Shown piece after piece: positions 7,328-11,107 of a stretch of 11,107 nt of DNA (its first letter is position 1; each line of letters opens with the position of its first letter). The notes below the pieces were generated by a model. The model did not search any database. It was given only the letters and a program-made list of their open reading frames with translations, and was not told the DNA's origin. Location: positions 36,965 to 48,071 of the forward strand of contig JBBTCT010000009.1 in NCBI GenBank assembly GCA_038060895.1, given 5' to 3'. The DNA is from Planctomycetota bacterium (GTDB lineage Bacteria; Planctomycetota; MHYJ01; WSZJ01). The translations under genes were made by a program, and so were the position numbers.

Positions 7328-8818
7328 ATGCAGAAAGATACGAGCGGACTCGTCGCGATCATCCTCAGCGCCCTCGTCTTTGTCGGAACGGGCGTCTGGT
7401 GGTACTTCAGCTACGACGAGGTGATGAACGAGCAGACCGGCCTGAAGAAGCAGCTTAAGGAGGCCCGCGAAGCGCGCAACCAGGCCGAGGAGAAGCTCGA
7501 CAAGATGACGCGCCAGGGCGACCAGCTCGCCGATCTGGTTGGCATGAATGCGACCATCGACGGACGGCCGAGCGTCAAGGCCATGATCGAGCACCTGAAC
7601 CTCTGGGCGGTGCGCCTGGGCACGACCCCGTGCAAGACCAAGTACGGCAGCTGGATGCAGGATCCCGATTCGCTCGAGATCAAGGTGGGGGGCTCCGCGG
7701 AAGCGGGCGGCCGCGATCTCTGCTACCTGAAGGATTCGCGCGCTTCCGCTGAAACCCGCATGGCCAACGAGACCGCCGACGTCCAGCAGTACCTCGTCGC
7801 CGAGCTCGAGAACATGACCGCGGCTCTTCTTGCCGAAGCCCAGACATGGGAGAACGAGGCCGTCCGCGCGATCACGACGCACAACGAGAACGTGGGAGAC
7901 GGGAAAAGCCAGGGCAAGCTGGGCACGCTGATCGAGGAAAAGACGCGCCGCATCAAGGAGCTGCGCGAGGCCATCCGCAACATCGAGGAGCAGATTGCCT
8001 CGAACCAGAAGAACAGCGAGCAGGCGATTGCTGATCTTGAAAAGGACGTTCGCACGAAGCTCGACGACCTGGACCAGATGAAGGCGAAGCAGGAAAAGGT
8101 CGTGGCCGACAAGCGGGCGAGGATCCAGGAGCTCCAGGACCGCGTGTTCGCGATTTCGACGAAGCGGCAGCTGGCGCGCGAGAGCACGGAAGCCGACGGG
8201 ATGGTCATCAACTCGATTCCGAACGAGCTGACGGCCTGGATCGACATCGGCCGCAAGGACGCACTTCTCAAGGGGACGATCTTCGAAGTGTTCGCCATGA
8301 ACAAGGGCGGGCGCAAGGAGAACAAGGGCAAGGCGGTCGTCATCTCGGTGAACGAGGACTACGCCGTGATTTCGCTTCTGCGCGACGGAATCGTGCAGAT
8401 GTTGGACGGCACGGTCTACGAGGGCAAGGTGGTCGAGAAGGGCAACGTGGTCGAGATCACCGAGCGGAACGGCAACAAGCTCATGATTCCTGCCGACCGC
8501 GTGAAGCGGCTCGACTACTACCAGGATTTCGGCCGGATCGAGAAGGGCGACTATGTTGCCAACGAGGTCTTTGACCGCAAGAAGTCAAAGACGTTCGTAT
8601 TTGGCGGCAAGCTGCGCGGGCGGTACACGAACGAGCAGATGACGCACCTGATCGAGGAGTTCGGAGGCGAGGTTGACGCGGAAGTCCAGAGCGAGACGAC
8701 GTATCTCGTGGTCGGCGCGGACTTCGAAAAGGACCCGAACTTCGACAAGGCGAAGAACCTGGCGGTCAAGATCATCCGGGAGGCGGATCTGTACGAAATG
8801 CTTGGTGTCTCAAGGTAA
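7328..8818 (+). CDS. Membrane-anchored coiled-coil protein with beta-barrel and C-terminal BRCT domain (paralogue B)
   Basis: 496 aa. SD AAGGAG overlaps the upstream stop. TM LVAIILSALVFVGTGVWWYF; long heptad coiled coil; barrel DGMVI...AWIDIGRKDALLKG...KGKAVV...IEKGDYV; LigA-like BRCT KTFVFGGKL...LIEEFGGEVDAEVQSETTYLVVG...FDKAKNLAVKIIREADLYEML (8588-8818). Confidence 0.92.
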   Translation: MQKDTSGLVAIILSALVFVGTGVWWYFSYDEVMNEQTGLKKQLKEAREARNQAEEKLDKMTRQGDQLADLVGMNATIDGRPSVKAMIEHLNLWAVRLGTTPCKTKYGSWMQDPDSLEIKVGGSAEAGGRDLCYLKDSRASAETRMANETADVQQYLVAELENMTAALLAEAQTWENEAVRAITTHNENVGDGKSQGKLGTLIEEKTRRIKELREAIRNIEEQIASNQKNSEQAIADLEKDVRTKLDDLDQMKAKQEKVVADKRARIQELQDRVFAISTKRQLARESTEADGMVINSIPNELTAWIDIGRKDALLKGTIFEVFAMNKGGRKENKGKAVVISVNEDYAVISLLRDGIVQMLDGTVYEGKVVEKGNVVEITERNGNKLMIPADRVKRLDYYQDFGRIEKGDYVANEVFDRKKSKTFVFGGKLRGRYTNEQMTHLIEEFGGEVDAEVQSETTYLVVGADFEKDPNFDKAKNLAVKIIREADLYEMLGVSR

Positions 8819-8835
8819 GTTGAGTGAAGGACGAC

Positions 8836-8865
8836 AAGCCCCCGGCGATGAGCCGGGGGTTTTTT
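8836..8865 (+). terminator. Intrinsic (Rho-independent) terminator
   Basis: AAGCCCCCGGC-GATGA-GCCGGGGGTTT stem-loop ending in a T6 tract, 17 nt after the stop of 7328..8818. Confidence 0.9.
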
Positions 8866-8873
8866 CGTACACA

Positions 8874-8992
8874 GGGGGTAGGAGGTAGGGGGTAGGAAGG
8901 GCCGGAATCATCCCGTCTTCGCGCCCCGACGGCTCCCTGAATGCCCTACCAACTACCAACTACCCCCTACCCACTCCCCCGAAGGGGGGTAG
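8874..8992. repeat. Inverted arrays of 7-bp tandem repeats (GRGGTAG x3 ... CTACCMM x4-5)
   Basis: GGGGTAG GAGGTAG GGGGTAG at 8875-8895; CTACCAA CTACCAA CTACCCC CTACCCA CTCCCCC at 8946-8980; a further GGGGGGTAG at 8984-8992. Confidence 0.8.
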
Positions 8993-9001
8993 ACTTCTCT
9001 G

Positions 9002-9787
9002 ATGGCACTTGCAGAGCACGACACGGAGCGCGACCTCGAAGGCCACCGCATGACGTTTGGTGAGCACCTGGAGGAACTGCGGCAGCGGCTCATCTACTCC
9101 TGCATCGGCGTCCTGCTTGCGGCGGGCATCTGCTTCTTCTGGCAGCAGGAGCTCATGTGGGCGGTGACATGGCCGCACCGCTCGGCGCAGGAGTCGCTCG
9201 GCAACCCCCCGGAACTCGTTGTGCTCGACTACGCCGACCGGTTCATGATTCCCATGAAGGTCGCGCTCATCTTCGGCCTCGCGCTCTCAGCGCCCGTGAT
9301 CCTCTGGCAGCTGTGGAAGTTCATCGCGGCGGGGCTGCACCCGAACGAGAAGAAGTACGCGCTCATCTGCGGACCGGCGTCCCTGCTGCTCTTCTTTGCG
9401 GGCGCCGCCTTCGGGTACATCGTCCTCATCCCGGTGACGCTCAAGTTCCTCGGCTCGTTCGCGGCCGACTGGAACATGTTCCAGGAGCAGATCGCGCTCG
9501 ACAAGTACCTCGACATGTTCTTCGCGCTGACCGTCGCGGCCGGCGCGATTTTCGAAATCCCCCTCATCATGACGTTTCTCTCATTCGTGGGCATCGTCCC
9601 CCCGAAGACTTTTGCATCGTGGCGCAAAATGGAAATCCTCGTCGCGGCCATCCTGGGCGCCATCCTGACGCCGGGTGGCGACCTGGTCTCGATGGCATCG
9701 CTCGCCCTTCCCATCGTGATCCTCTACGAAGTGGGGATTCTCGCGGGCCGGCTGGTTTACAGGGAGCCGGCGGAAGCGGCAGCCTAG
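9002..9787 (+). CDS. tatC: Twin-arginine translocase subunit TatC
   Basis: MTFGEHLEELRQRL, PVILWQLWKFIAAGLHPNEKKY, AIFEIPL, AILTPGGDLVSMASLALPIVILYEVGI, with about 6 hydrophobic segments. Confidence 0.97.
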   Translation: MALAEHDTERDLEGHRMTFGEHLEELRQRLIYSCIGVLLAAGICFFWQQELMWAVTWPHRSAQESLGNPPELVVLDYADRFMIPMKVALIFGLALSAPVILWQLWKFIAAGLHPNEKKYALICGPASLLLFFAGAAFGYIVLIPVTLKFLGSFAADWNMFQEQIALDKYLDMFFALTVAAGAIFEIPLIMTFLSFVGIVPPKTFASWRKMEILVAAILGAILTPGGDLVSMASLALPIVILYEVGILAGRLVYREPAEAAA

Positions 9788-9990
9788 TGGAACATCAAGC
9801 TCGTTTCAGGAGGCCATGAAGGCGTGCCTGGTGCCGGGTGCGACTTTTTACGCGAGGCACGGGGAACTTCCCGGAAAAGCAAACTTCCACCATCAACCCT
9901 GACGCTCCACGAGCCCATTCGCAGTTGTTCATTTCGCAAGCCCTACCCCGCGGCTATCATCCGCCCCCTTCTCCAACCTGGAATCCCTTC

Positions 9991-11070
9991 ATGCCCCGCC
10001 TGGCCCTCGTCGGAACTCCACAGACCGGCAAGACCACGCTCTTCTGTGCCCTCACCGGCACCGACTACGCCAACGCCGTCGTCCAGGCGGGCGCCGGCGG
10101 CGGCAAAGCGCGGATCGGTGTGGCGAAGATCCACGACGCGCGGCTCGACAAGCTCTCCGCGTGGCACAAGCCGAAAAAGCACACGCCCGCCGTCGTCGAA
10201 TTCGCGGACACCGCTTCCCTCGTCCTGACCCCTGAAGGCCGGGACAAAAACAACCAGCTCCTGGCTTCCTTCCGGAACGAGACGGACGGCCTCGTCCTAG
10301 TGGTCGCGGCCTGGAGAGGCGACGACCCCTCGGCGCTGCGGACCGAGGCGGAAATCAAGGCGGAGGTCGACCAGCTCGCGACGGAGTTCGTTTTCGCGGA
10401 CATGGCGATTGCGGAGTCGCGGATCGAGAAGCTGAAGGTGCAGGTGACGAAGCCGACGCCGACGCAGGAGAAGGACAAGAAGGAACTCGAAGTGCTGAAG
10501 GTTCTGTACGCGGCGTTCGGCGACGGGAAACCGGCTTCGGCCGTGGCGCTGAAAGGGGAGGACGCGAAGCTGGTGCGCGGATTCCGCTTCCTGTCCGAAA
10601 AGCCGACCATGGTGGCGCTGAACGTACCGGAGACGGCGCTGGGCAAGTCCTTCGCAGTGCCGGGGTACGCGGTTGTCCCGGTTTGCGCGAAGCTCGAGCT
10701 CGAGCTCCTCGGCATGGAGCCCGCCGAGCGCGACGCTTTCATGGGGGACTACGGCCTGAAGAAACTGGCGACGCCGGAGCTGATCCTCTGCGCCTTCCGT
10801 TCTCTCGGCCTGCAGTATTTCTTCACGGCCGGGGACGACGAGTGCCGCGCCTGGATCATCCGCAAGGGCGACGACGCAGTGGAGTCGGCCTCCAAAATCC
10901 ACAGCGACCTGGCGCGCGGCTTCGTGGCGGCCGAGGTGGTGTCGTTCGCGGACTGGGAGGCGGCGAACGGGGACATGAAGCTGGTGAAGTCGCGGGCGCG
11001 GCTGCGGCAGGAGGGGAAGGCGTACGTTGTCGCCGACGGGGACATCATTAATATCAAGTCCGGCGTCTGA
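9991..11070 (+). CDS. ychF: YchF/OLA1-family P-loop NTPase with TGS/DUF933 C-terminus; divergent motifs
   Basis: The start at ATG 9991 (MPRLALVGTPQTGKTTLF) matches the family N-terminus. DARLDKLS...PKK.TPA, FLSEKP, and C-terminal LGLQYFFTAGDDECRAW...KIHSDLARGFVAAEV...EGKAYVVADGDII. Confidence 0.85.
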   Translation: MPRLALVGTPQTGKTTLFCALTGTDYANAVVQAGAGGGKARIGVAKIHDARLDKLSAWHKPKKHTPAVVEFADTASLVLTPEGRDKNNQLLASFRNETDGLVLVVAAWRGDDPSALRTEAEIKAEVDQLATEFVFADMAIAESRIEKLKVQVTKPTPTQEKDKKELEVLKVLYAAFGDGKPASAVALKGEDAKLVRGFRFLSEKPTMVALNVPETALGKSFAVPGYAVVPVCAKLELELLGMEPAERDAFMGDYGLKKLATPELILCAFRSLGLQYFFTAGDDECRAWIIRKGDDAVESASKIHSDLARGFVAAEVVSFADWEAANGDMKLVKSRARLRQEGKAYVVADGDIINIKSGV

Positions 11071-11107
11071 GTTCGGTTGGGTGAAGCGGCCTTCGGCGCT
11101 AGTCGCG

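Noticed and set aside
6116-8818. Calling the BRCT proteins DNA ligase, SMC or MreC
   Set aside because: There is no KxDG adenylation motif, no Walker A/B, and no mreB/mreD context. Only the BRCT or the general layout is shared.
8874-8992. CRISPR array or G-quadruplex
   Set aside because: The units are 7 bp with no spacers and no cas genes. The G-tracts are irregular and have a complementary arm that favours duplex formation.
9784-9812. CTAGTGGAACATCAAG as a possible IS/MITE end
   Set aside because: No matching inverted end or transposase remnant was found in the window.
9816-9902. 28-aa ORF MKACLVPGATFYARHGELPGKANFHHQP after AGGAGG
   Set aside because: SD-ATG spacing is only 2 nt and there is no recognisable motif.
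9838-9990. 51-aa N-terminal extension of the YchF-like ORF
   Set aside because: Family members start just before the P-loop strand (ATG 9991), and the region contains a candidate -10 (TATCAT 9955-9960).
11086-11101. Hairpin after ychF as a terminator
   Set aside because: The stem is short and imperfect, there is no U-tract, and it lies at the window edge.

Overview
GC-rich bacterial chromosomal window. The coaE-rho pairing and the protein styles suggest Planctomycetota/PVC (inference only). From left to right: a truncated fragment of a YbhB/YbcL (PEBP) gene; a minus-strand pair of a SufR-like Cys-rich HTH regulator and pcm; a divergent pair of unknown exported proteins (a lipoprotein and a membrane-anchored protein); coaE-rho on the minus strand with a C-rich leader; a small or decayed secreted-protein ORF; a self-contained two-gene operon; a heptamer-repeat inverted element; a lone tatC; and a motif-degenerate YchF-family protein. 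The most interesting feature is the two-gene operon (6060-8865). It has a perfect TTGACA/TATAAT promoter, strong SDs and an intrinsic terminator, and encodes two paralogues with a TM anchor + coiled coil + beta-barrel + C-terminal BRCT architecture, the BRCT being predicted to lie outside the cytoplasm. No rRNA, tRNA, CRISPR array or intact mobile element was seen.
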